A stretch of 64,000 nt of DNA, from positions 88,281-152,280 of the IMG/VR virus record IMGVR_UViG_3300040786_000030. The stretch is one strand, 5' to 3'. Below are positions 1 to 13,686 of this stretch, in pieces. The position numbers and the translations under genes were made by a program. The number at the start of each line of letters is the position of its first letter. The stretch's first letter is position 1. The stretch is from a virus. The notes beneath the pieces are model-generated. The model had not been told where the DNA came from. It made no database searches and saw only the letters and a program-made list of their open reading frames with translations.

Positions 1-2150
1 ATTAAGAACTCAAGGTGTTGAATTAAAAGCAGCGCTTAAAACCGTAAACACAACAAATTTAGCTATGTCTAAAATTGCATCTTCAGCGGTTAAAGGTTTG
101 GCCCAATTACCAGGTATTATACAAAACTCATTTGGTAAACTTAAAGGTTATGGGTTATTTGAAATGGATAAGGCAATTAAAATGTCAGCATTACAAATGG
201 GTCTTTTAGGTAAAGAAGGTGATGAATTTAATAAGACAATGATTAGGGTCGCTGGTGATACTAACAATATTGGTGTTACTGTTGAGAAATTAAGCGCTTT
301 ACAAGCTGATTTTAATTATAATCTAGGTAGAACTCTTATGCTTAGTGATAAGAACCTTAAAGCTATGGCAGCGATGTCAGTGGCTACAGGTTTAAGTTCT
401 GAAGATGTAGTCAAATGGCTTCTGATATGGATGAACAAGGTAAGTCAGTATCAGAAACCAGTAAGTATTTAGAGGACAGTATGAATAGTAGTCACGCAAT
501 GGGTCTTAATGCTACTAAAGTTATTAAGAATATTCAATCAAATATGAAATTACTTAATAAAACTAATTTTAAAGATGGTGTTAAAGGTTTAGAAGCTATG
601 GGTAAATTAGCAACTAAATTAGGTGTTAAAATGGATTTTGCTGCTGGTATGAGTGATAAACTATGGGATATCGAAGGTGCTGTAGATATGTCTGCTCAAT
701 TGCAAGTTATGGGCGGTGCTTGCTAAACTAGCTGACCCATTCCATTTAATGTATATGGCTCGTAATGATATGAAAGGTTTAACTGAAGAAATAGCAAATG
801 CTTCAAGCATCTATGCATTTAGGTAAAGATGGTGGAATAGAAATGACTTCAATGGAAATGTCTAGACTTAAAATTGTAGCTAAAGAGGCTAATTTGGAAT
901 ATGATGACTTAGTTAAATCTGGAAAAGAACTCTTTAAAATGAATAAAGTAAAACAACAGATTGGTTTTCAAGTTGACCCAGAAACTAAAGAATTTATAGC
1001 AAATACAGCCCAATTAAATAAAAAAGTAAAGCAGAAATTGATATTAAAGGTTATACTAAATTAATGTCACAATTAACATCTGCAGATGTTAATTATTTAA
1101 AAACTAAAACATTAGAAAAGCAAGTTTAGAAGAACGAGCTAAAGCATCGCAAAATTTTGACGATAAGGTTACAAATTTTATTAATATGGTCAAAACATAT
1201 ATGTTACCAATTATTGATGGAATTAATGATGTGTTAAGTCCAATCGTAGATAAATTTATGAAAGGTGATTTTAAAGGTGAAATACGTAAAATTGGTGAAA
1301 GTATTGGTAACTCTATAATAGCTGTAAAACCAGTTTTGACGCTATTGGTAATTTTATAAACATGTTAGGACCAGGTAAAACTTTAGGGTTATTATTTGGT
1401 GGTAAAATACTATTTGATGTGGCTTTATGGGCTTTGAATGGTGTTAGTTTAGGTCAAGCATTTTAGCAACAACTAAAAGTTTTGAAATGGAATGCCTGGT
1501 GCGTCAAGTTCATGGACACCAGGTCAATCTGGAAACGGTAAAGGTTGGTCTATGGGTAAAAGAGTTGGTGCTGGTGTTGGTCTAGGCGTTGCTGGTATGG
1601 GAGCTGATTATTTAACAGATAAATACACTGAAGAAGGTAGTAACGCTAATATTGGTGGTAAAGCACTGTCTGGTGCTTTATCTGGCGCTGCTATGGGTGC
1701 AATGTTAGGTCCTTGGGGTTAGCTGGTGGTGCATTAATTGGTGGATTATATGGTGGTATAACAGCAGCAATGAAAGAACCAAAAAATAAAATAAATGGAG
1801 TTAATAACCCAACAATAAAACAACCAATTAATGATGGAATATCTAAAAGTGGTTATAGTAGAGGTATTTTAGCTGGTGGGACTATTACACCAATTAGTAA
1901 TAAAGATGATTTAATGTCTTTTAAATCTAAAGGTCTTATTGATAATGCTTTAAATAAAAATGCAAATGTTCCAAGTACAATGAAAATTGAGTTTGGTGAG
2001 ATTAAATTTGGTGGTGAATTAAAATTAACAACACCAGGTTCTCCTGGTCAAGGTATAGATTTACTTAAAACCAAGATTTCATTAGAAACATGACTACGTT
2101 GATACATTCTGAAACACAAAACAAATTAATGGTGGAAAAATAAAGGTTAA
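1..2150 (+). CDS. Tape-measure-like protein, 5' truncated and frameshifted
   Basis: ORF fragments 65-2093 join across homopolymer indels into one Ala/Gly/Met/Lys-rich helical protein with a glycine-zipper segment (GAGVGLGVAGMG...GALSGAAMGAMLGPWG). It lies directly upstream of baseplate genes. Confidence 0.7.
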
Positions 2151-2190
2151 TTAGTGTTGATTATCAGTTGATTAACTTTTATTTTTTTTT
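2142..2190 (+). terminator. Putative intrinsic terminator after tape measure gene
   Basis: Imperfect hairpin AAAGGTTAATTAG...TTGATTAACTTT followed by a long T tract. Confidence 0.5.
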
Positions 2191-2215
2191 AATTATAAAT
2201 TAATGTTTAAATAGC

Positions 2216-2246
2216 TTGACATTGTGAAATAAATTCCGTAAATTTG
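2216..2246 (+). promoter_or_regulatory. Bacteroidota-type -33/-7 promoter
   Basis: TTGAC at 2216 and TAAATTTG at 2239-2246, matching TAnnTTTG. Confidence 0.65.
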
Positions 2247-2347
2247 CTATTATAATATAATTAAATAAATAATAAAATATATAAATAAATAATATATAAA
2301 AAATAATATAGATAAATAATTATATATAATATAAATATATAATTAAT

Positions 2348-2373
2348 AAAAAGGTGCTAATAGTACCTTTTTT
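2348..2373 (+). terminator. Intrinsic terminator, possibly bidirectional
   Basis: AAAAAGGTGCT-AAT-AGTACCTTTTTT stem-loop flanked by A and T tracts. Confidence 0.7.
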
Positions 2374-2433
2374 ATTTTAAACCAATTTCAATTATAAAGA
2401 AACATTTATTTTAGTTAAATTTTTAGTATCATA

Positions 2434-2448
2434 ATATTTATATATAAA
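2434..2448 (+). promoter_or_regulatory. Putative phage late promoter (ATATTTAT motif)
   Basis: ATATTTAT-ATATAAA with the core 15 nt before ATG 2457. The same motif precedes several structural operons. Confidence 0.55.
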
Positions 2449-2456
2449 TAAATCTT

Positions 2457-5400
2457 ATGGCAATATTTTATAATACTAATAATCCAACACCATCTTCATT
2501 AAATACTATCAATAGTGTTTCAATGAATATTAGAGATTTTCTATTAACTAAAACATATCTTCAACATATCCTCAAATTGGCACAAGTATAAATGGTAGTC
2601 CTCAAATTGGTGAACCAGTATTAGATACACAATCAAATTTATTAAATACTTACCCACATCAACAACTAACAGGTGATATTCAAGCAATTCAAAACCTCGA
2701 TGTTTTAGGTAGTGTATTGAATGGTCAAGGAATTGGGTTAGGTAGTAAAGGTATTGTACCAAACTTCGATATTAGGGGTTCTTTAGCTGGAAGAATATTA
2801 GGTGCTACAGGTCTTTTAAGCGATACTAAGATAGGAACTATAGCTGGACAACAATTAGCTTTAGCTTTAGCTAATAATGCCACATTTAACGTAGAACAGA
2901 GTTTATTTGGTAAATTAAACGCTGCGGATAATTTATTAAGTTTAGTAAAGAATGGTACACTAGCTGGTTTTAGACCAGATTATAAAATAACAGTACCATC
3001 AAGCACTATTGGTGTTGTTGGTGAGTTCACTAGTAGAATGTTAGGGTTTACAGTACCTAGAAGTTATTTAAATGATTCTGGTTCTATATTTCAAAATGAA
3101 AATAAAGGTGTTGGTAATATAGAACGAGCTAATAGTATGTTACTAAACACTGGTAAGGGTCAAGTTTTATCATTATTAAAAATATAAAAAAGTAACATAG
3201 GTCCAATAAAATCAGTATTTAGAAGTGGATACGCACCAGGTTTTACAAATAATAAAGGTGTTAGACAAATTAGTGAAGAAGAAAGTAATGTTTATGCTTT
3301 TGATAAATTAGGGCAAAATATTAATCTATTAAGTAATTCTATTGATGGTATAATACCAGATTTAATGCATAATAGTGAAGATAATGTCAGTAATTATGGT
3401 TTTACTAGTCCAGAAATGAATGGTACTGGCCCTTATGGTATATTGGATATGATAATAGAAAAGTTAGTGATATCGGTTTTACTTGGACGACAAATAATGG
3501 TGATGCTGTAAATACAACAACTGATAATGATGAAATTATTGGTGATAAAAAATCGTTATTGGTAAAACACAACAATTATTCAATAGTAAAGGTTTGAAAA
3601 GTATGATATCAGTAAAAGGTGATATGAAAGCTGTATCTAATCAATTACAAACAACAAATGGTGGTGGTTTATCTAAAGGTAGTGCGGTATTAAGTGGTTC
3701 AATGTATAAAAAGATGGTACATATGTTGGTAATAATTCATCAGCTAATGATACATACTGTAGAAGTTGGACAACATTAGATAGATACGATACTGTTAATA
3801 AATTAATTAGAAATAATGGTTTAGATGAAAATTCTGTATATGGTAAGAAAAATATACCATATAGGTTTCAAACTGAGGGTAGTGTATTAGATACTAATGG
3901 ATTCCCTAAAATAGCACCATATAGAGATGACCAACCAGAAGACCCTAAAAAATTTATGTTTTCACTTGAAAATTTAGCATGGTCTGATAATATTGCTGAT
4001 TTACCTCAAAGTGAAATTGGTTCTGGTGATATCGCTAATGATAAAAAAAGGTAGGATTATGTGGTTTCCACCATACGACATCACGTTTAGTGAAAATAAT
4101 TCAGTAAATTGGGAATCTACAAATTTTATAGGTAGAGGTGAACCAATATATACGTATAATAATACTGAAAGGTCAGGTACATTAGGTTTTAAGGTAATTG
4201 TAGACCATCCTAGCAACGTAAATGCTTTTAGAGGTGATAAGGGTCCAAGTGATAATTATGTTGCCTCATACTTCGCTGGTTGTGTTGAACCAAATAAATT
4301 TTGGAGAAATAAATTAACAATTAATCAAACTAATCAATTAATTAATGAAAATACTAATACACCACAATCAGCTGTAATTACAAAGAAAAAGCTCCAGATA
4401 TAAAAATTATTTTTTATTTCCCAAATGATAATGCTATAATACCAAATAATTATGAAAATGGTTTAAGTGGACCGTTAATTACTGATTTAATAGATTACAC
4501 TAATAACCCACGTGGAGATGGATATGGTATTGATTTATATAAATCAGATGGTTTTACATCTGGTATTCATCAAAAAGTGGGTTGGTATGATAATACTAAT
4601 TTTGGTTTAAACGCTTCTAGTCAATATTCTACTGGTGTTGTTTTTAATGGTGTCACATATATGGGTTTAAGGGATGTAAGTAGTTTAATGGTGGCTTTAA
4701 ATACGTATATTAATGATGAATGTCCAAGTTGTGTTGTTAATATATCTGGATATGCTAGTGAGCAAGGTGTTGAGAGTTCAAATAATCGATTAATTAAAAG
4801 TAGAGGTGAATATATTACAAATATACTTAAAGGTGGATTATTTAAAAAACTAACAGATTCTGATAAAAATAAAAGGTTTAAAATTGTTGATGGTGGTATT
4901 ATAAAATCTGCTGGTTGTAAAGTTGGAGTTGAAGAAGATATTGACCAAAAGGCTTGTAAAGAGGCTAGAAGGGTTGAAGTAACATTTAAATTTGATGCAA
5001 ATATAGCTGCAGAATCTATAGTTAAACCAAATATTAAAATTAAAACTGAAAATAAAGTGTTAGTCAAAAATAATTAACGAGTATTATAATGAAACATTAT
5101 ATTTTGATAGGTTAAAAGAAAGTGACCCTTTGTTTTTGATTCATTTAGGGAGAAAATTAAATATTTTCACCCAGCATTTCATTCAACTACACCAGAGGGT
5201 TTAAATTCAAGACTTAACTTTTTTATTACAATGTACGAGACAAGGACCAACATCAGAATTACAAGGGCCAAATAATTTAGCATTTGGTAGAGCACCTGTA
5301 TGTATTCTTAGAATTGGTGATTTTATAATACTAAAATTGTTATTGATAATATTGGAATTACGTATGAACCTTTAGTTTGGGATTTAAACCCAGAAGGTAT

Positions 5401-6098
5401 TGGGGTACAACCAATGATAGCTGTTGTAGATATAACATTTAAATTTTTTAGGTGGTTCTGCACTTATGGGTCCAATGAATAAGTTACAAAATGCGTTATC
5501 ATTTAACTATTTTGCTAATACTCAAGTATATGACCCTAGAGCTGATTATTTATCTAAAAAAAGACCTAGCTATAAAACCAAGACTAAAGATGGTAAAGAG
5601 ATAACGGTAAATGCGAAAGAAACAATAAGTGGTTATTATATTAATGATGGTCAAAAGGTGGATTCTAGGTTAGAACTACCTAGACCAGAAATTGTTGTTG
5701 ATGATATTGACCAAATTAAAATTAATGATGAAATTTTTACTGGTTTAGAAATAACACCAACTGATGTTACTGATGTTGATAAAAAATTAATATTAATGTT
5801 AGTTTTGTCGGTATTAGAACGTATGAACCAGAAATTGCTGATGGTACTGTTTATTTAAAATTACAACACCAGTTGCGTTAACAAGTGAATATAGTTTTAA
5901 ATTAGTGATATTTGATACTAAAAATAACCCAAAAGATATTGGTATTGGTAAATTAAGTATTAGTACTACTGAACAAGTATTTGCATTTAACACAATATTA
6001 AATATTGATAATTTAGTATTACGTCTGACGTTAATACTTATCAATATAAATTAGAAATAACAAATTTAAAACCAGTTTCTGGTACTATAAGTTTATAA
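2457..6098 (+). CDS. Large baseplate/tail-initiator-type virion protein with OmpA-like peptidoglycan-binding domain (frameshifted)
   Basis: Stitched fragments. GRIMWFPPYDITFSE..NW..TNFIGRGEPIY and PVCILRIGDFYNTK are typical of large-myovirus baseplate proteins. The 4577-5077 segment has an OmpA-C-like pattern (VNISGYAS..G....N..L...R...RRVEVTF). Confidence 0.6.
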
Positions 6099-6116
6099 TA
6101 ATAAAAATAATTTAAG

Positions 6117-6437
6117 ATGGCTAAATATTATGACCGATATTCAAAATTCAGAAACAATGCTGACATGAAACCAGTACCTGGAATTACTATTCAAGAAATT
6201 GGTTCAGATAAATACAACACATATAAACAAGGAGTCACTAGACTTGACAAATTGAGTAATATGTACTATAATAACCCATATGGTGGTTGGTTAATTATGT
6301 TAGCTAACCCTGAATTTGGTGGTTTAGAATTTAATATTCCAAATCAAACAGTTATCAGAATACCATTCCCTTTCGATAGTGCAATTGAAAGATATATTAT
6401 AGAAGTTACAAATCACCAAAAATTATATGGAGAATAA
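6117..6437 (+). CDS. Small baseplate wedge protein (gp53/LysM-like)
   Basis: Intact ORF containing TRLDKLSNMYYNNPYGGWLIMLANP...VIRIP, a LysM/gp53-like signature. Confidence 0.7.
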   Translation: MAKYYDRYSKFRNNADMKPVPGITIQEIGSDKYNTYKQGVTRLDKLSNMYYNNPYGGWLIMLANPEFGGLEFNIPNQTVIRIPFPFDSAIERYIIEVTNHQKLYGE

Positions 6438-9400
6438 TAGAATAGGTTGCCGTTCTGGTAGAACAAAAATAGTAGACCCAAATAAATTTGATAATCAATC
6501 ATCATCCAATAATGTACCAGTACCATTAGAAGATTTGAATATTTCAGTAATATTACAAACGTTTAAAAGGTAGAACAGTATTAAGTGCTGGTCCCAAGAC
6601 TAGCTCTGTTGAAAGTACGGAAGATTTAACTGTTAATTTTATTAATGGTTCTAATATTAATGGTAAAAAGTATTAACAACTAATTATAGTGATTTAACGA
6701 CCATTTTTTGGTGATTCTGAAACAGAGGGGTTAGGTATTACTAATATTAGTATAGATTTTAATAGTTCTATGTCACCTATAGTCGTTATTGATTTTATAG
6801 ATGTTAGAGGTAGCGCTATTTTTCAAAATGAGGCAAACTTAAAAAATGGTACTAATAAATACAGTACTTTTTCCAATTACCATATCCATTATTTGAATTA
6901 ACGATTAAGGGTTATTATGGTAAACCAGTTAAATATTGTTTACACTTAACTAAATTTAATTCAAAATTTAATTCACAAACTGGTAATTTCGAAATAACCA
7001 CAAATTTTATGGTTACACCTTTGCTATGTTATCCGATATGCTTATTGGTTATCTTAAAGCTATACCGTATACAAAGATAGGTGCTGAAAGATATGCTATT
7101 GTTAATAATGCTAGAGCAGCTGTTAATCCACCATTACCAGAGATTTTAAACTTAAATGAGTTAATGATTAAAATCTCTAACATTAATGAAGAAATAGAAA
7201 AGTTTCAGCGGATGACCCTGATTCTGCTTTATTAGGTAATATCGATAATAAGAAAGATATACTATTAACAATAGAAAACAATGTAAGAGCACTTGGTATT
7301 GATTTAGACACTAGAGGTGATACAAATGAAAATTATGAATACATCATATCAACACCTATTAATATAAAAGAAAATAAATCAATAATAGATAAATTCACAA
7401 AAATAGTATTACCAAATATTGAATTATTTAATAAAGATAATCTTGTTGGTTTAGATGTGAGTGCATTTAAAATACCTAATTTAGATAGTCCAAATAAAAA
7501 TTGGGTTGGTATAGATAAAAATAATATAATTAGAAGTACTGATATTGGAGATGTAAACCTTTTAAAATATATAAATAATAACTCTAAAAATATTAGTTTA
7601 TTAGATAACACTAAATTTGATGCATGGGATTTAACTGGTATATATGCTACTATAAACTCGGCTAAAAATGGGTTAGAAGTTAACTATGCTTCAGCTAAAA
7701 GAGTTTAGCGATAAGTGTACAATCTAAAATTAGAGAAGTTATAGGGTTTGACCCAACAGTTAGAAATATTATTGAAGTATTTACAACAGCAGTTGAGGTT
7801 TTATGGAAACTATTTTACTGTATCTAAAAGTGCTGAAGAAGATGTTAATAAACTTAGAGAAAACAATTAGCCCCAAAATTTAAAAGTAAAAAAAATACTG
7901 ATTTAAAATACTTACTGAAATTTTCCATGGCCAGATTATAGAGAAAGTACTGAAGTTGGTTTACATGAGGCTTATACTGAAAAATATTTAGGTGCGACTA
8001 ATGTTTTAACTACACCTACTGATGTTCATGAATTAAATTTTATTGATGACTTATTACGAGCTTTTCTTATCGCACAACAAAAGTTGATGAAGCTATAAAT
8101 AACACTAATAAAGAAAATTGGATACCAGTTAGCCCTGTAGATACCCGTTTATTTAATATTGGTAAAGCACCATATTCTAGAATTGAAGGTACTAGTAAGG
8201 CTGAGGTGATAAAATTATTATTAATTAGGGTATGACTTTTTTAGGTTATACTAATAGTAATTTAACAGGTAAAGAAATTGATACTATGGCTGATAGTGAA
8301 TTTAACGATGTAATGTTAAATTTAAGTGATGATTCCTTGTCAACAGTAAAACTAGTTTAAGTACTTTAACTTTAGATGATTTTACTAGTGTTAAAAGTGA
8401 TGTTAAAATAGATGATACTATTAAAAAAGATAAATCAATAGTATCTTATGATGATAAAAATGAGGTGTATTTTTATCACTATATAACTTATAGTAATAAT
8501 GAAAAATTACCTAACACTATAGATAATTATACTATAGGCACAAGTGTTATACCTATTGATAGTGGTTTTAGTTCTGATACAAATTGGCCACTTTCTGATG
8601 AATCAGCACTGGAGTTTAAAAGTGATTATAATTTATTTTTAACTAACGTTAATGGTGGTAACCCTAATATAGGTAGTAAAGCTAATGGTGGTGTTTATTT
8701 TAAATTAATAAAACCTTCTGATTTTAATACAACAGTATCATTACCAGATACTTTTATCGCTACCACAAGTAGTAAATTTATATTAGAAAAATTAATTGGT
8801 AAAATTGGTTCAAATCCACAAGCTGAAGCTGCTGGTTTTAATGCTTTTGCTGGTAAATACGGGATTCAAGAATTTGAAAACTTAGATTATGGTGAACCTG
8901 ATTTAGATGGTCTACCATTGATGTATGTATTCTATGCTGATGGTGTTCACTCACCATCAGAAACTAGATTAAGTGGTAAATATGGAATAACTTATAATAA
9001 ATCTGGATTAGCTTATCCTAGAACAAATAATGACGTTACTGATTATGATTTTAAAGATAGATTTAAATTTGTTGATTTTAATTATATAACTAAAAACATT
9101 ATAAAGTCTAATGAACACGATAATTATACAAAAAATAGAGCGCTTTTAATGAAAGACTTAAAGGTGATGATAAAATAATGTATCCATATGTTAATCAAAT
9201 TATAAGAGCAAAAGCTAGTGTTATTTCAGTACGTAGTGAAGAATCACATAGTTTATTTGGTTCTAGATTATATTATGGTCAAGAACAAAGTGGATTACAT
9301 TACCCTACTGAAACACCTGATGAAAAATATGAAACTAATAACATAGCTAAAGCATTATTATTTTTAGGTACTTTTACCTTGGAATGGTTTACCGTTCGAG

Positions 9401-12400
9401 TTAAATGAAATCAGACACTTATTTAATATTAGTGGTTTTGTACATGCACCTAAATTATGGACTGTTTATGTTGGTGGGTTAATCTGGAGACATCAATATT
9501 ATGAAAAAATAGTGTTGACCCAATTAGGTGGTTTAATAGTAATGGTACTTCATTTGTAAAACAAATAAATGATATAATTTTTAAACCACCAGGTCATGCC
9601 TATCAATATAATAAATTATATTATGATGATAAAGGTGATATATATAAAAATTACCAATTGAATTACTATCAGGTGATAATAATGTTTTGATGTATTTATT
9701 GATGCATTTTTAGAATTTGTTAATGGACCTTGGGAAACTTTAAAGACAAATTGTGAAATAATTAAAAGTGGTAGTTTAGTTGATTTTGACGAAATAATCC
9801 ATCATTTCTATGATGAAGGTCGTTACGATGGTGATTTAGATGTGTTAGAAACTGTGATAAGAGCACAATTACCTAAACTAATTAATTATGATAAATATAA
9901 AATATTTTCACCAGTTGAAATAGGTAAAGGTAGAGAATTTTTCTTAGAATTTAATAGTGATGCTGTTGGTTATAACCCGTCTAAAGAAATTGTTAAATTA
10001 TTAACAGAGGAAATAATAATATCAAATTCTTCATATAGAACATTTATAAATGATACTAGTAATACTAATAAAATTTACCTATAACAGTAAATCCTGATTA
10101 TTTTGAAAGATATTTTAACCGTATAATTAAGAATTTCTTACCAAATATAACAGCACAAACAACAATTAAAAAAGAACAAGAACAAGAAATTTTGGTACGA
10201 GTAATGAAGAAATAATAAAATTACAATTATATAGAACATGTAAAAATATATATGATAAATGGTTAGGTGGTACAACAGATGTTGATAATTTAATATTCCA
10301 ATGTGGTGAATCTGGAACTAGAAATAATAAAGATTCTGAATTAGCAAACTTTTATCGACCAGGTGACAAACCAAGATTAATTGATAGTTTTAGGTTTGTT
10401 GATAGGGCTTTTGGTGATATAGGTGATAAATTATACGTTAACCCAATACCTGTTAATGACTATTTAATAAATAGCCCAAATACTAGTTTCTATGATGCTG
10501 TGGGTCACTTGTTAACATCAAATAATTTTAATTTCATAGCTTTACCTACATTTATTAACTATAATGATGATAAGGAATTAAACGCTATGTTTGAACCATT
10601 TGAAAATTATGATAAAGCTGTTGAAGATGGTATTTGTGGTCCATCATTTGTTTGTATGTATGTTGGACAAACATCAAAACATTTAGATTTTGGTGGTTCT
10701 AATTATAGTAATGATGGTATTGATTTTCATTGTAATAACGATGGAAACCTTATTGACGTGCCATTAGATTATTCAGCCACAGCTAATGAATATGATAATG
10801 ATGTAGCTGTTTTTAACGTTAATTATTCACAACAAAACCAAAATATATTTAAAGATATTACTTTGGACCAAAATGAATTTACCGAAACTGATGAGTCATT
10901 ACAAGTAACTGATATGATTGCAAGTAAAGGTACTGAAAATAACAGAACATTAGCTGGTCAAAATATTTATAATGTTTATTCGGTTAGAAGTTATAAAGCT
11001 GAAGTTGAAATGTTAGGTAATGCTATGATTCAACCAATGATGCATTTTCAATTAAATAATATTCCAATGTTTCATGGTGGGTATTTAATTACACGTGTTA
11101 AACATAACATAAAACCAAACCACATGACAACAAGTTTTACTGGCGTTAGGGTTAGGTACCCAAAGACTAAATTACTTGATGGTGCTGAGTTTTATATGAG
11201 CATGCTCGATTCGTTAAATCTAACAAATACAATTGGTGGTGGTGGTGGTAGTAGTAGCGTATCACCAATAGTACAAGTAATTAAACGAAATGGTGGTGTT
11301 AACGGTGATTTTGCCAAGGGTAATATTAAAATCCAATAATACCAATATTAAAACAATGGTGTACATTGGGATATTGGTGGTGATAAATTAAAAATATTAT
11401 GAAGCTCAAGCACCATTAATTGAAATGTTAAATGATTGGGTTACTTGGATGAAAAGTAATGGATTTAAGGGTAATAATGGAAATTATATTTCAGTTATTA
11501 GTGGGTATAGAACAGTAGAAACACAAGAAGAAATTAAAAATCACGCACCTAATAGTTCAGCAATACCTGGAACATCTATGCATGGTTGGGGTATTGCGGT
11601 AGATTTAATTTTTATAATAAAGATGGTAAGTTAGTTAAAAACTATATTAATAATAGCAAACCAAACTTAACTGAAGGTTATAATTTAAAAACTAATCCAG
11701 CGCTAGAGTGGTTATATGACCATTCATATCAATATGGTTGGATAATACCAGAGGGTTTAAGAAATGACTTTGGTGTTGAAGAATTTTGGCATTTGAGTAT
11801 CATGGTAAGTCAGCACTTTGTATTTTAAAACAAAGACCATTAATAAAGGGTCATTTATGTGTATTAACTAACCCTATAAAACCATCAGTAATAAACCCTC
11901 AAACCCAGGTACTCCAGCTAAAGAAGCTGATTTAAGTAACTGTAATTATGTATATGTGGGTAATGGTGATGGTTTACCAGTATCTTCACATTTATTTAAT
12001 GGTGATTTGGCACAAAATCAATTAGAGGTTAAGAATTTCTTTAAAGCTTTAGGTTTAACAAAATTACAAACAGCTGCAATTATGGGGAATATTCATTATG
12101 AAAGTGGTTATGACACATCTTCAAAATATCTAGAAAAATCGGGTCATTATAGTAGGGGACTTTTCATGTTTAACACTAGATATTATCAAGCTAGTGACTT
12201 TGGTACGACACTAGAATCACAATTAAATTATGTGTTAAAAATTGGGTATTATAAAATTGGCTTAAATATGACCCACAACAAAGTGTTATACAATTAACAT
12301 TTTATTCGCTAGAGATTTGGAAAGGTGTTATAATTGTCAAGAATTAATACCTTTGAAAATAGTGATAGCGGTAAAGGTAGAATTGGTTTTGCTATAGACA

Positions 12401-12444
12401 CCCATAATAGGTTTAATAGTGCTGGGGATAAATTATTTTGGTAA
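6427..12444 (+). CDS. About 2000 aa baseplate hub protein with C-terminal M15 (VanY-like) peptidase and phage tail lysozyme domains (frameshifted)
   Basis: Hub-like VEMLGNAMIQP..GGYLITRVKHNI. M15B motifs SGYRT, SMHGWGIAVD and EFWH. Tail-lysozyme motif TAAIMGNIHYESG. The start overlaps the end of the upstream gene. Confidence 0.65.
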
Positions 12445-12468
12445 TTTAATAATAAAATAGTATATTTG
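12437..12468 (+). promoter_or_regulatory. Bacteroidota-type promoter
   Basis: TTTG at 12437-12440 and TATATTTG at 12461-12468. ATG lies 4 nt downstream. Confidence 0.6.
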
Positions 12469-12472
12469 CAAA

Positions 12473-13107
12473 ATGATAAAAATTGCAAACATTGTTTCAG
12501 AGAATACGGTAAATGTTTCAGAAATTTTAATGTGGTAAAGACTATGGGTGAAGTAATTCATGGTCTACCTACATTAATTATTGATTATAACTATGTGGAG
12601 AAGAATTACCCTAATTTTGATATTGGGACTAATTGTTTATCTAAAGATTTATATTGGACGTTTAAAAAAACCAAGACAGGGATAAACACGCTGAAGATTT
12701 AAAATTTTTATAAATAAAATTTATGTTGACTTACTTAATAATGTACCATATTTTTTTGTTGATTTAATTAACTACCAATCAAAAACAATAATTAAAGTAA
12801 TTAAAAAATTAATAATTTTAAAAAATTATATACATATCGTAATGGTGAAATGTTATACCTTTATGGTGATAATATAATTTTGGTATTGATTTAAAATTAT
12901 TAAAATTTATGGGGATAAACACCGATAAGGTATTAAATAAAATTAAATTAAAAGTACGGTGTTTTATGATGAAATTGAGATACTTATTGAATATAAAATG
13001 TTTTGATTGAAATCGATAATCAAATCAGATACATACCTTATTTATTATCAATATTCAATGAAAAAAACATTACTATTAGCAACATTCATATTCCATAAGA
13101 GGCTTGA
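12473..13107 (+). CDS. Hypothetical protein (frameshifted, end approximate)
   Basis: Starts MIKIANIVSEN directly after a promoter, with coding-like sequence across indels. Confidence 0.5.
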
Positions 13108-13449
13108 GTGGTTCTTAAATTATTTAGAAGTTAATTTTAAAATAACAAAAGAAAAGTTTTATCTATAAAAAATTTAGATGATAATACTAAATTAATTATC
13201 ACTTTTAGGGTAGATATTAATAATGGTGAACATTTAAATATTAAAACATTATTCCCTAATGCGATATTAATACATAAAACGGTAACGCCATTTATACCAT
13301 AAACGCATTAAATAAAATGATTGATAAAATGGTTGGTGATTTGACAATTAATAATTCGGAAATTAAAATAGATTGGAGTGAATATCAAAATAAAATGATT
13401 TTAACTAATAGAGGTGAATTAACCTTTTAAATATAAGTAGGGTTTTAAC
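13058..13449 (+). CDS. Hypothetical protein (frameshifted)
   Basis: MKKTLLLATF...AIYTINALNKMI...IDWSEYQNKMIL read across indels. Confidence 0.5.
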
Positions 13450-13495
13450 TAATTGGGATATTTATATATAAATAACGTAATTTAAAATATACATT

Positions 13496-13681
13496 ATGAC
13501 AACAGAGAATGAAAATAAAAATGAAAAATAAATAAAGCTAAAAGTACATTTTAGGTAGTGAAAATACAAACCCAGATTTAGATTGTTCATCAGGTGTTTG
13601 TGTAATTAAAGGTGATAAAAGCCTTGTTGAAAGAATAAACAAAAAATAATTACTGAAGATGGTAGACAATTATTATTTTAA
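13496..13681 (+). CDS. Small hypothetical protein
   Basis: Follows the ATATTTAT motif at 13458 and ends ...KSLVERINKKIITEDGRQLLF. Confidence 0.55.
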
Positions 13682-13686
13682 TATAA

